Shown: positions 1 to 9,587, numbered from the stretch's first letter. The stretch: DNA of 64,000 nt from Vicinamibacterales bacterium (GCA_965261285.1 OZ253457.1:605221-669220), one strand, 5' to 3'. Notes: generated by a model from the letters alone, not told the origin. Program-made: numbers and translations.

Positions 1-1
1 C

Positions 2-2335
2 GTCGACGCAACGAACCTGGTGCCCGAGGACCGGCGCCGCTTCATCGACCTCGCCCGCGACTGCCACGCGCCCCTGACGGCGATCATCGCCGATCCGGGC
101 GAGCGCGCCTGCCTCGAGCAGAACGGGCAACGGGTCGACCCCAGGCCCCGGCACGTCATCCAGCGGCATTGCCGGGCGGTCAGACGCTCCACCAAGAGCC
201 TCCGGCGGGAGAGCGTGCGCCGCTGGTACCGACTCGCGTCCCCGGAGGAGCTGCGGGAGGCCACCCTCGAGCGGCAGCCGCTCGCCTGCAACCGCCGCGC
301 CCTGTCCGGACCGTTCGACATCGTCGGCGACGTGCACGGCTGCTTCGACGAACTGCTGGAGCTTCTGCAGAAGCTCGACTACCGGGTCGACCGGCACGAC
401 GAGGCCGACGGCGACCGCCGATTCACGCTCGATCACCCCGACGGCCGTCGCCCGGTCTTCCTGGGGGACCTCGTCGACCGGGGGCCGGAGAGTGCACGGA
501 CGCTCCGGCTCGTCATGGACGCCGTCGAGCACGGCGGCGCGCTGGCGGCGCCCGGCAACCACGACGCGAAGCTGGCGCGGGCCCTGAGCGGCCACGACGT
601 GCAACGCACCCATGGGCTCGACCGCACGATGGACGAGCTGGAGAAGCAGCCCGAGGCGTTCCGGGAACGGGTGAAGGCGTTCGTCAAGCGCCTGCCCAGT
701 CACTACGAGCTGGACCGAGGTCGGCTGGTCGTCGCCCACGCCGGCATGAAGGAGGAGCTGCAGGGGCGCATCTCGCGCGAGGTGCGGGACTTCGCCCTCT
801 ACGGCGAGACCACCGGCGAGACCGACGAGTTCGGCCTTCCCGTCCGACTGAACTGGGCCCGCGACTACCGGGGCCGACCGTGCGTCGTCTACGGCCACAC
901 GCCCGTGACGACGCCCGAGTGGGTCAACAACACGATCTGCATCGACACCGGCTGCGCCTTCGGCGGGCGTCTGACGGCGCTCCGCTACCCCGAGCGCGAA
1001 ACCGTTTCGGTCGACGCCGGCCGGACCTATTGGGAACCCGCGACGCCTCCGGCGGAACCCGCCGGCGACGCCCGCACCGCGCAGCAGCAGAGCGACGAGC
1101 TGCTCGACATGAAGGACATGACGGGCGCGCTCTCCAGCCATACCCGGCTCATGGGGACCGTCCGGGTCGGCCGCAAGAACACCGCCGCCGCCCTCGAGAC
1201 GATGATCCGCTTCGCGATCGACCCGCGGTGGCTCATCTACCTGCCGCCGACGATGGCTCCCTGCGACGCCTCCCCGGGGCCCGGCCTGCTCGAGCGCCCG
1301 AAGGAAGCCTTCGACCACTTCCGCACCCGGAACGTGCGGCACGTCATCTGCGAAGACAAGCACATGGGCTCCCGCGCGGTCGCGGTGCTGGCCGCCGACC
1401 CCGACGCCGCCCTCAGGCGGTTCGGGGTCACGAACGACGCCGCCGGCGTCGTCTACACCCGCACCGGCCGCCGGTTCTTCGACGACCCCGCGTTCGAGGT
1501 CCTGGTCATCGACCACGTCCGCCGGGGCGTCGCCGACGCCGGGCTGTGGGCCGAGCTCGACACCGACTGGATCTGCCTCGACTGCGAGCTGATGCCCTGG
1601 TCGGCGAAGGGCGGCGGGCTGGTAGCCCGGCACTACGCGCCGGTGGCGGCCGCCGCCGCCACCGGCCTCGACGCCGCCGTCGACGCCCTCGCGGCCGCGT
1701 GCCGTCGCAACCCCGACAACCGGGAGCTCCTCGACCGCTACCGCCGGCGCCGTGAGATGGCCGCGGCCTACGACGCCGCCTACCGGCGCTACAACTGGCC
1801 GGTCGACTCGGTCGAGGACCTCGAGATCGCCCCCTTCCACATCCTGGCCAGCGAAGGGGCCGTCCATGTCGACCGGCCCCACACGTGGCACATGGGAATC
1901 GCCGCCCGGCTGGCGCGGGACCACCCCGTCCTCGCCGCCACCGAGCACCGCACCGTCGACCTCGACGACGCCCGCCAGGTGGAGGACGCGACCCGGTGGT
2001 GGGAGACCCACACCGAACGGGGCGCGGAGGGAATGGTCGTCAAGCCCCTCGAGTTCGTCCCCCGAACCTCCGGCTCCCCGGTGTCGCCCGCGATCAAGTG
2101 CCGGGGCGAGGATTACCTCAGGATCATCTACGGCCCCGAGTACACCGAGCCCCGGAACATCGACCGGCTCCGCCGGCGCGCCACCGGCTTCAAGCAACGG
2201 CTCGCCCTCCGGGAATTCGCCCTGGGCATCGACGCCCTGGAGAAGTTCACTCAGGGCGCCCCGCTCCGGGAAGTGCACCGCCGCGTCTTCTCGATCCTCG
2301 CCCTCGAAACCGAGCCGATCGACCCCAGGCTCTGA
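2..2335 (+). CDS. pnkp: Bacterial polynucleotide kinase-phosphatase-ligase (Pnkp), 5' truncated by window edge
   Basis: Frame is open from base 2 (VDATNL kinase motif). Metallophosphoesterase motifs GDVHG, GDLVDRG, GNHD, GHTP, IDTG. Adenylyltransferase motifs EDKHMGSR, EGMVVKP, KCRG. C-terminus EPIDPRL. Confidence 0.95.
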   Translation, partial: VDATNLVPEDRRRFIDLARDCHAPLTAIIADPGERACLEQNGQRVDPRPRHVIQRHCRAVRRSTKSLRRESVRRWYRLASPEELREATLERQPLACNRRALSGPFDIVGDVHGCFDELLELLQKLDYRVDRHDEADGDRRFTLDHPDGRRPVFLGDLVDRGPESARTLRLVMDAVEHGGALAAPGNHDAKLARALSGHDVQRTHGLDRTMDELEKQPEAFRERVKAFVKRLPSHYELDRGRLVVAHAGMKEELQGRISREVRDFALYGETTGETDEFGLPVRLNWARDYRGRPCVVYGHTPVTTPEWVNNTICIDTGCAFGGRLTALRYPERETVSVDAGRTYWEPATPPAEPAGDARTAQQQSDELLDMKDMTGALSSHTRLMGTVRVGRKNTAAALETMIRFAIDPRWLIYLPPTMAPCDASPGPGLLERPKEAFDHFRTRNVRHVICEDKHMGSRAVAVLAADPDAALRRFGVTNDAAGVVYTRTGRRFFDDPAFEVLVIDHVRRGVADAGLWAELDTDWICLDCELMPWSAKGGGLVARHYAPVAAAAATGLDAAVDALAAACRRNPDNRELLDRYRRRREMAAAYDAAYRRYNWPVDSVEDLEIAPFHILASEGAVHVDRPHTWHMGIAARLARDHPVLAATEHRTVDLDDARQVEDATRWWETHTERGAEGMVVKPLEFVPRTSGSPVSPAIKCRGEDYLRIIYGPEYTEPRNIDRLRRRATGFKQRLALREFALGIDALEKFTQGAPLREVHRRVFSILALETEPIDPRL

Positions 2336-2922
2336 TGAGAGACACCGGTTCGGAAGCGACAGTCAGTCATGGGCCTTGCGGTCCGGCCCGGGGGCGTCCC
2401 GGCCGCCTCGTGAGATCGCCACCGTTTCTACCGCGCCGGCCGAGCACGGAGACCTCGGGCAGGGTGCACGTCAGATTCGTTGCAGCCTTGGCGGCTCTTC
2501 GTTCCCGGAAGTCTCGAAGCAGCCGCGGAGCTTCCGGCCGTGCAGGGCGATGTCGGCGTCGGCCTCTGCAATGGTCCAGCCCATGCCGGTCCCAACAATG
2601 CTGACGTGCACCCCCTCGGGCACGCTCCTGCGGTGCTGTGCCGGCCGGCCGAACGGGCCCTGCCGAGCGTTGACAGCCCCCGGTCCGCCCCATACGCTAT
2701 GGGAATTCGTGTCAGGTTCCGGCACCGGCAGGCGCATGGCCGCGGCCCGCGAGGGTCGCTCCGCCCGCCCGTGCCGGGACACCGAGTGCTCTGGCGGCCC
2801 GTGGCGGAATCCCGAGTGGCGCCGAGACCGCCGGTCCAGCGCCCGGGCGTTCCGTTTTGGACTGCTCCAGTGCAGATTGCGGGATCTCGCACGCCGCGGG
2901 GTCCGGTCCGAAAGGAGCACCG

Positions 2923-4158
2923 ATGCTCGAGCGTGACACCCCGTCCCCGTCCCGGCGGAGCCGCCGGGGATTCCTCAAGGCCGCCGCGCTCGGGTCCGCC
3001 GCGGTCGCCCTGCCCGCGTTGCCCGTCTCCGGCCAGGAGCGCGCCGGACGGAGGCTCGGGGCGGGGGTCAGCGGCTACGGGGCCCGGTCCCGGTTCGAGG
3101 TCGCGACGCGCCGGGTGCGCGGCGCGCGCTACGACCAGGCGGCCGGCAGCCTGACCCCGCTGCAGGACCTCGACGGCGCCATCACGCCGTCGGCCCTGCA
3201 CTTCGAGCGGCACCACGCGGGCATTCCCGACATCGATCCGGCCGAGCACCGGCTGGCCATCGGCGGCCTCGTCGACCGACCGCTCGTGTTCACGATGGCC
3301 GAGCTGCGGCGTCTGCCGGCTGTCAACCGCGTGTACTTCATCGAGTGCTCGGGCAACGGCCGAGTCAAGTGGTCGCCCGCCCAGCCCGACACCGACGCCC
3401 AGGGGGCGTTCGGCATGACGAGCTGCAGCGAGTGGAGCGGCGTGCCGCTGTCGGTGCTGCTGCGCGAGGCGGGGGTCAGGCCCGAGGCCCGCTGGCTGGT
3501 GGCCGAGGGGGCCGACGCGTGCCGCATGACCCGCAGCGTGCCCCTCGACAAGGCGATGGACGACGTGCTCGTCGCCTGGGGCCAGAACGGCGAGGCCCTG
3601 CGGCCTGCCCAGGGGTACCCGCTGCGGCTGCTGATTCCGGGGTGGGAGGGCAACATCTCCATCAAGTGGCTGCGGCGGATGCAGCTCGTCGACCGCGCGT
3701 GGCAGACCCGCGAGGAGACCTCGAAGTACACCGACCTGATGCCGAACGGCGAGGCCCGGCAGTTCACCTTCGTGATGGACGCCAAGTCGGTGATCACCCG
3801 GCCGTCGGGCGGGCAGCGGCTCGACGGGCCGGGTTTTTGTCAGATCTCGGGGCTCGCGTGGTCGGGGAGAGGCCGGGTGCGGGCGGTCGAGGTTTCCACC
3901 GACGGCGGCGCGTCGTGGACGGAGGCGCAACTCCAGGATCCGGTGCTGCCGCTGGCCCACACGCGGTTCCGCCTCGACTGGCGCTGGGACGGCTCGCCCG
4001 TGACTCTCGTCTCGCGGTGCGTCGACGAGACCGGCGACCGGCAGCCGACGCGCGACGCGCTGATCGCGGCGCGGGGGCTCCGCTCGAGCTACCACAACAA
4101 CGCGCTGCAGGCCTGGCGCATCCGGGCCGACGGCGGAGTGGAGAACGTCGATGTCTGA
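2923..4158 (+). CDS. soxC: SoxC-like molybdopterin sulfite/sulfur dehydrogenase, Tat-exported
   Basis: RBS AAGGAG before ATG 2923. Tat motif SRRGFLK. TPLQDLDGAITPSALHFERHHAG, Mo-ligand IECSGNG, QGYPLRLLIPGWEG, GLAWSG. Confidence 0.9.
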   Translation: MLERDTPSPSRRSRRGFLKAAALGSAAVALPALPVSGQERAGRRLGAGVSGYGARSRFEVATRRVRGARYDQAAGSLTPLQDLDGAITPSALHFERHHAGIPDIDPAEHRLAIGGLVDRPLVFTMAELRRLPAVNRVYFIECSGNGRVKWSPAQPDTDAQGAFGMTSCSEWSGVPLSVLLREAGVRPEARWLVAEGADACRMTRSVPLDKAMDDVLVAWGQNGEALRPAQGYPLRLLIPGWEGNISIKWLRRMQLVDRAWQTREETSKYTDLMPNGEARQFTFVMDAKSVITRPSGGQRLDGPGFCQISGLAWSGRGRVRAVEVSTDGGASWTEAQLQDPVLPLAHTRFRLDWRWDGSPVTLVSRCVDETGDRQPTRDALIAARGLRSSYHNNALQAWRIRADGGVENVDV

Positions 4159-4411
4159 ACGGGCTGACGCGGCTGGCGCGACGGCGGGGCGGAGAACGCT
4201 GATGTCTGAACGGGCTGACGCGTCCGGCGCGACGGCGGGGCGGAGAACGTCGATGTCTGAACGGGCTGACGCGTCCGGCGCGACGGCGGGGTGGAGAACG
4301 TCGCCGTCTGGATGGGCTGACGCGTCCGGCGCGACGGCGGGGCGGAGAACGTCGACGTCTGGACGGGCTGACGCGTCCGGCGTGACGGCGGGGTGGAGGT
4401 CGATGTCCGGA
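4128..4411 (+). repeat. ~5.5 tandem copies of a 51-bp unit spanning the soxC stop / cytochrome start
   Basis: Unit CGACGGCGGGGCGGAGAACGTCGATGTCTGAACGGGCTGACGCGTCCGGCG starts at 4128, 4179, 4230, 4281, 4332 and 4383 (degenerate). Confidence 0.95.
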
Positions 4412-5491
4412 TGGCGCGTGCGGGCCGCTCTCGCCGGCGTCGCGCTGCCGATGATCTGCGCCGGCGCGGTGTGGGCGCAGACGCCGTCCGGCGGCGCGAG
4501 GCTGACCGACCTGGGCACGCCGGCGACGGTGGAGGAGCTCGCGGCCTGGGGGCCCATCGTCGGGCCGGACGGCGAGGGGCTGCCGGCGGGCGGTGGGACC
4601 GCGGCCGAGGGCCGGGCCCTCTACGACGCTCGGTGCGCCGCCTGCCACGGGCCGACGGGGCAGGAGGGGCCGGACGACCGGCTCGCCGGCGGGCAGGGGT
4701 CGCTGGCCGGCGACGGGGCGCGGAAGACGGTGGGCAGCTACTGGCCCGCCGCCACCACGCTGTGGGACTACGTGAACCGGGCCATGCCGTTCAACCAGCC
4801 CGGCTCGCTCGCGCCCGACGAGGTCTACGCGGTGGTCGCCTACGTGCTCTACCTCAACGACCTCGTCGGTGAGGACGACCCCGTCGACGCCGACACCCTG
4901 CCCCGGGTCGAGATGCCCAACCGCGACGGCTTCGTGCCCGACGCGCGCCCCGACGTCGGCGTGGCGTCCGGCGCCGCCCAACGCTCGCCGGCCGCGGCGG
5001 GGGGGACCGTCGCGGCGGTGGGGGCGTCCGAATCGCCTGTCGCCGCGAGGCGTCCGGCCGCGGCGGCGGCGGAGCCCGACGCACCACCGGCCCCTGCCGA
5101 ACCGTCGGCCGTAGCGGTGGCGACGTCCGCCGGATCGCCGTCCACGGCACCGTCCCCGGCCGCCTCGGTGCTCGACGGGATCTTCACGCCGGCCCAGGCG
5201 TCGCGCGGCGAGCGCACGTTCAGCGACGTGTGCGCCGCCTGCCACGACACCGGGGAGTTCTCGGGGGGCCGGTTCCGAATAAGCTGGGTGGGCCGGCCCG
5301 TCGGTGAGTTGTTCGAGACGATCTCGACTCTGATGCCCGAGGCCGATCCCGGCAGCCTCAGCCCCGCCGAGTACGCCGCCATCGTCGCCTATCTGCTGCA
5401 GGTCAACAACTATCCCGCGGGAGACACGGACCTGCCCACGAACGTGCGCGCGCTCGGGCAGTTGGAGATCGTCTCGCCGCCGGCGCAGTAG
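4151..5491 (+). CDS. SoxD-like di-haem cytochrome c (alternative start 4403)
   Basis: Two CAACH haem motifs. SoxD-like GLPAGGGT, KTVGSYWP, DYVNRAMP, MPNRDGF. Ala/Pro-rich linker. Signal-peptide-like sequence after ATG 4403. Confidence 0.85.
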   Translation: MSERADAAGATAGRRTLMSERADASGATAGRRTSMSERADASGATAGWRTSPSGWADASGATAGRRTSTSGRADASGVTAGWRSMSGWRVRAALAGVALPMICAGAVWAQTPSGGARLTDLGTPATVEELAAWGPIVGPDGEGLPAGGGTAAEGRALYDARCAACHGPTGQEGPDDRLAGGQGSLAGDGARKTVGSYWPAATTLWDYVNRAMPFNQPGSLAPDEVYAVVAYVLYLNDLVGEDDPVDADTLPRVEMPNRDGFVPDARPDVGVASGAAQRSPAAAGGTVAAVGASESPVAARRPAAAAAEPDAPPAPAEPSAVAVATSAGSPSTAPSPAASVLDGIFTPAQASRGERTFSDVCAACHDTGEFSGGRFRISWVGRPVGELFETISTLMPEADPGSLSPAEYAAIVAYLLQVNNYPAGDTDLPTNVRALGQLEIVSPPAQ

Positions 5492-5563
5492 GAGGCGCGC
5501 GGTCGTGGCGCTTGGCCGCGGCCGGTTGTCGGAGCGGAACGAGCGAGAGAAGGGGAAAAGCGG

Positions 5564-7597
5564 ATGAGAACCACTGCGCAGCCCGGCCGTGGACTGCTGA
5601 CCGGCATCGTCGTCGCGGGTATCCTGCTGGCCGCGTCTCCAGCCCTCGCCCAGGACGCCGGCGAATGGCGCTACATCGGGGGCGACGCCGCGCATACCCG
5701 CTACTCCGCCCTCGACCAGATCACCGCCGACAACTTCGACGACCTCGAGGTGGCGTGGATCTGGCGGGGCGACAACTTCGGGCCCTCGCGCCTCGGGGTG
5801 TCCCGCTCGACCCCCATCTACGTCGACGGCACCCTGTACACGGTGGCCGGCGAGCGCCGCACCGTGGTCGCCATCGACCCCGCGAGCGGCGAGACCCTCT
5901 GGACGTTCCGCGAGCCGCACACCACCCGGTTCGACCGGGGCATGCGCAACGGCTACGGCAAGGGGGTCGCCTGGGGCGAGATCGACGGCCGCGGCGTCAT
6001 CTACACCATCAGCCCCGCCTTCTTCCTCTACGCCCTCGACGCACAGACCGGGCTGCCCCTCGAAGACTGGGGGACGGCGGTGCCCCTGCCGGGGTTCCCG
6101 TCGACCGGCGTGGTCGACCTGCTGCCCGACCTCATCGCCGACTGGGGGCCGTGGCTGAGCTGGGACGGCGCCTACGACCCCGACTTCGGCATCCCCCGCG
6201 AGCTGGGCTACGTCACCAGCTCGTCGCCCCCGATCGTCGTCGACGGGGTGGTCGTGGTGGGCAACTCGGCCGAGCAGGGCTACAACCAGACCCGCATCGA
6301 GAACGTGCCGGGCGACATCCTGGGCTACGACGCCCGCACCGGCGAGCACCTGTGGAAGTTCCACGTCATTCCGCGGCCCGGCGAGTTCGGCCACGAGACG
6401 TGGGAGAACGACGCCTGGGAGTGGACCGGCGACGTGTCGTCGTGGGCGCCGATGTCGGCCGACCCCGACCTGGGGCTCGTCTACATCCCGACCAACCCGC
6501 CCACCATCGACTTCTACGGCGGATTCCGGCCCGGGGACGGGCTCTTCGGCACCAGCGTCATCGCCCTCGACGTCCGGACCGGCGAGCGCCGCTGGCACTT
6601 CCAGACCGTGCACCACGACATCTGGAACTTCGACAATCCCACCGCCCCGGTGGCCCTCGACGTGACCGTCGACGGGCGGCCGCGCCGCATCGTGGTGCAG
6701 GCCACGAAGCAGGGCTGGGCCTACACCTTCGACCGGGCGACGGGCGAGCCCGTCTGGCCCATCGAGGAGCGGCCGGTGCCGCAGTCCGAGGTGCCGGGCG
6801 AGCGCCTCTCGCCCACCCAGCCCATGCCCACCCGGCCCGCCGCCTACGAGATGCAGGGGCTGACCGAGGACGACCTCATCGACTTCACGCCCGAGCTGCG
6901 GGCCGAGGCGCTCGAGATCACGCGCAACTACCGCCTCGGGCCCATCTTCAACCCGCCCATCCAGCGCGGCCACCCGTCCGGCCTCCGGTCGTTCGTGAGC
7001 TGTCCGAGCGGGGCGTCGAACATCTTCGGGCCCACCTCGGCCGACCCCGAGACCGGCATCCTCTACGTGTCGACCCGCCGCGGCTGCCGCTCCGAGAACA
7101 TCGTGCCGGGCGCCCTCATCGACGTCCCCGAGGACATCAAGACCACGGGCCGGACCATCGCCGAGTACGCGGTGCTGAACCGCGGCGACTTCCGGGGGCC
7201 GCAGGGGCTGCCCATCTTCAAGCCGCCGTACAGCCGCATCGTCGCCATCGACATGAACACCGGCGAGCACCTCTGGGAGACGCCGAACGGCGACACCCCC
7301 GAGCGCATCCGCAACCATCCCGCGCTGCAGGGGGTGGACCTGCCCAACACCGGGCTCCTGTCGCATCCGGTGACCATGGTCACCCGCACCCTCGTCGTCA
7401 CCGCCGAGGGCACGGGCGGCACCCCCCGCCTGCACGCCCTCGACAAGCGGACCGGCGAGCGGGTCGGCACCGTCGAGCTGCCCGCCTCGGGCCAGTACGG
7501 CATGATGGGCTATCTCCACGAGGACCGGCAGTACATCGTCGTGCAGGTCGCCGGCCCCGGCCTCCCCGGGGCGCTCGCGGCGCTGCGGCTGCCCTGA
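5564..7597 (+). CDS. PQQ-binding beta-propeller, quinoprotein glucose dehydrogenase-like, secreted
   Basis: Signal peptide. WRYIGGD..HTRYSALDQI, WHFQTVHHDIWNFD, GEPVWPIEERPVP, KPPYSRIVAIDMNTG. Confidence 0.9.
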   Translation: MRTTAQPGRGLLTGIVVAGILLAASPALAQDAGEWRYIGGDAAHTRYSALDQITADNFDDLEVAWIWRGDNFGPSRLGVSRSTPIYVDGTLYTVAGERRTVVAIDPASGETLWTFREPHTTRFDRGMRNGYGKGVAWGEIDGRGVIYTISPAFFLYALDAQTGLPLEDWGTAVPLPGFPSTGVVDLLPDLIADWGPWLSWDGAYDPDFGIPRELGYVTSSSPPIVVDGVVVVGNSAEQGYNQTRIENVPGDILGYDARTGEHLWKFHVIPRPGEFGHETWENDAWEWTGDVSSWAPMSADPDLGLVYIPTNPPTIDFYGGFRPGDGLFGTSVIALDVRTGERRWHFQTVHHDIWNFDNPTAPVALDVTVDGRPRRIVVQATKQGWAYTFDRATGEPVWPIEERPVPQSEVPGERLSPTQPMPTRPAAYEMQGLTEDDLIDFTPELRAEALEITRNYRLGPIFNPPIQRGHPSGLRSFVSCPSGASNIFGPTSADPETGILYVSTRRGCRSENIVPGALIDVPEDIKTTGRTIAEYAVLNRGDFRGPQGLPIFKPPYSRIVAIDMNTGEHLWETPNGDTPERIRNHPALQGVDLPNTGLLSHPVTMVTRTLVVTAEGTGGTPRLHALDKRTGERVGTVELPASGQYGMMGYLHEDRQYIVVQVAGPGLPGALAALRLP

Positions 7598-7894
7598 GCG
7601 CGGGCTCGTCGGCGGCCGGCGATGCTCTGCGGTGGGGCTTGTGCGGATCGGGATCGATACTCCCGAATATCCATGCAAAACGGGAGTACGTGTCCCGGAA
7701 TGCCGCCGGTTCAAGCGTCGTTGCCTCGATCGCCCCGATCCGGCCCGCGGCCGCTTCCGCGTCGTCGGGAACCGGATGCGGGTCCGATTGCGTCTTATCG
7801 ATCAGGCCGACGACGCGGTGGACTCCGGAATGCGGGTTTCACGGTCCCTTGCGAAGCGGCCGATACGATGGGTGAGGACACGCGGAGGCAGGGC

Positions 7895-8122
7895 ATGACC
7901 AATCTGGAAATGTCGGCGGACGCGGAACGGCGGTCTCGCGGTTCGAGAACCCGCACTTCTCGGCACGGCAGGCTGTGCCGCCGTTGCGGCAGGCGCGACG
8001 CGTTCTGCACGCGCTATACCCGGAAGCGACGGGTCAACCGGGAGCGGCATCACGACCTCTGCTTCAAGTGCCGTCGCGCGGCGCGCGACGCGACGCGGAC
8101 CTGCCGCGCCCGTGTCTCGTAG
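7895..8122 (+). CDS. Small basic Cys-rich, putative zinc-binding protein (75 aa)
   Basis: GGAGG RBS before ATG 7895. Two CxxC pairs (CRRC, HHDLCFKC). Confidence 0.5.
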   Translation: MTNLEMSADAERRSRGSRTRTSRHGRLCRRCGRRDAFCTRYTRKRRVNRERHHDLCFKCRRAARDATRTCRARVS

Positions 8123-8284
8123 TCGGACCACCGCACTCTCGCGAGGAACCACCGTCGGGCAGGCTGTCACGAGCACCTCCCCGCCAGCCGTACCGCCATG
8201 CGGGTCCACCGCAAGTCGGGCCGGCCCAGGTGGTCCTCGTCGGCGACGCAGCGTCGGGGTAATACGAAACATAGGCACGTTCGG

Positions 8285-8302
8285 TCATATCGATGGTATG
8301 AT
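8285..8302 (+). promoter_or_regulatory. Putative extended -10 promoter and operator of the mazEF-like operon
   Basis: TGG-TATGAT (8294-8302) overlaps inverted repeat TCATA-N7-TATGA. ATG follows 9 nt later. Confidence 0.5.
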
Positions 8303-8311
8303 TGTCGTTCC

Positions 8312-8581
8312 ATGCCGAAGAGTCCCCAAGATCATCCGAAGAGTCCCCAAGAACATCCGAAGTCCGCCGGTAGAACCCGGATGACCGTTTCCGTGCCAGT
8401 CGACATCGCCGAGTATCTCCGATCGACGTCCAATGCGAGCGCGGTGGTCTGCGAAGCCGTCGCAGTGTACCGGGCGCGCGAGCTCGACCGTCGCCTGGAA
8501 GAGGCCTATCGGGCGGACGGCGCCGAGGCGGAGCAGCTCAACCGGGAGTGGGAGGGTGTCGACGCCGAGGTCTCGGAATGA
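8312..8581 (+). CDS. Antitoxin of the MazF/PemK toxin (RHH-like), with N-terminal 21-bp repeats
   Basis: RMTVSVP beta-strand, acidic tail LEEAYRA...EWEGVD. ATGA overlap with toxin. PKSPQ(D/E)H repeat at 8315-8362. Confidence 0.75.
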   Translation: MPKSPQDHPKSPQEHPKSAGRTRMTVSVPVDIAEYLRSTSNASAVVCEAVAVYRARELDRRLEEAYRADGAEAEQLNREWEGVDAEVSE

Positions 8582-8934
8582 ACCCGCCTCTGGCGCGCGG
8601 CGTTGTCGTGCTCGTTCGTTTCGACCCTGCCGAAGGGCGTGAGATCAAGAAGACACGGCCCGCGGTCGTCGTATCCAACGACATCGCATGCCGTCATGAC
8701 ACGGTCGTGCAGGTCGTGCCCATCACGAGCCTGCCCGACCGGGGGCTGCGGCCGTACGAAGCGGGTTGCGGCTCGAGTTCGAGCGGTCTCGCCCACCCGT
8801 CGAGGGTCGTGGCCAACCAGATTCGTACCGTGGCGCGACATCGGATCGGCCAGTTGCTCGGGCACCTGACTCCGGATGAGACGATGGCTCTGGACCGAGC
8901 GTTGCTGATTCAGTTGGGGTTCGGCGCGTCGTAA
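8578..8934 (+). CDS. mazF: PemK/MazF family toxin
   Basis: RGVVVLVRFDPAEGREIKKTRPAVVVSND, VVPITS, ANQIRTV. Confidence 0.92.
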   Translation: MNPPLARGVVVLVRFDPAEGREIKKTRPAVVVSNDIACRHDTVVQVVPITSLPDRGLRPYEAGCGSSSSGLAHPSRVVANQIRTVARHRIGQLLGHLTPDETMALDRALLIQLGFGAS

Positions 8935-8948
8935 CGGCGTCGCCACCG

Positions 8949-9473
8949 TCATTCCGCGCAATCGGACGCGAGGGCCCGCTCGAAGGCAGCCTTCACGCGG
9001 GGCTCGAAGCAGACGAAGGTGACCTCCTCGATCGACGGGGCGTCGGCCAATGCCGCCCGGACCGCACGGACCGCAACGGTCGCGGCCTCGTCCGGCGGAT
9101 AGCCGTAGATGCCGCAACTGATGGCGGCGAACGCGATGGTCTTCAACCCGTGCTCGCCCGCCAGCTCGATGGCTTGGCGGTAGCAGCCCGCGAGCTGCGC
9201 GGCCTCGTCGCGCGTTCCCTCGTGCCAGACCGGGCCCACCGCATGGATCACGTGGCGCGCCGGCAGGTCGTAGCCGCCGGTGATCTTCGCGCTGCCGGTG
9301 GCGCAGCCGCCCAGGGCGCGGCACTCGGCGAGCAGGCCCGGCCCTGCCGCCCGGTGGATGGCGCCGTCCACGCCTCCGCCGCCGAGCAGGCGGGTGTTCG
9401 CGGCGTTCACGATGGCGTCGACCGCCAGGGTCGTGATGTCGGCGGTAGAGATGGCGAGTCGTGCGTTCGGCAT
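8949..9473 (-). CDS. Macro-domain O-acetyl-ADP-ribose deacetylase (YmdB-like)
   Basis: DAIVNAAN..LLGGGGVDGAIHRAAG, VIHAVGPVW, AISCGIYGYP. Confidence 0.93.
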   Translation of the reverse strand: MPNARLAISTADITTLAVDAIVNAANTRLLGGGGVDGAIHRAAGPGLLAECRALGGCATGSAKITGGYDLPARHVIHAVGPVWHEGTRDEAAQLAGCYRQAIELAGEHGLKTIAFAAISCGIYGYPPDEAATVAVRAVRAALADAPSIEEVTFVCFEPRVKAAFERALASDCAE

Positions 9474-9481
9474 GTTGCCGT

Positions 9482-9536
9482 GTTGCGGTGGGCGCCGCCC
9501 GGCGTCCCCGTTGCGGTGGGCGCCGCCCGGCGTCCC
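9482..9536. repeat. Direct duplication of a 27-bp unit (28-bp period)
   Basis: GTTGCGGTGGGCGCCGCCCGGCGTCCC at 9482 and 9510, just upstream of the macro-domain start. Confidence 0.85.
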
Positions 9537-9587
9537 TGGCCGCGGGCGCGGCGGCGGGGACGCCGGGCAGAGTATCGACGCCGAACG

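Noticed and set aside
2471-2700. Possible PIN or other gene remnant (GWTIAEADADIA) downstream of pnkp
   Set aside because: Resemblance is too short and no consistent family motif extends it.
4128-4411. CRISPR- or guide-RNA-like array
   Set aside because: Units are contiguous with no unique spacers, derive from the flanking genes, and no cas or Nop-domain gene is nearby. The same applies to 47216-47437.
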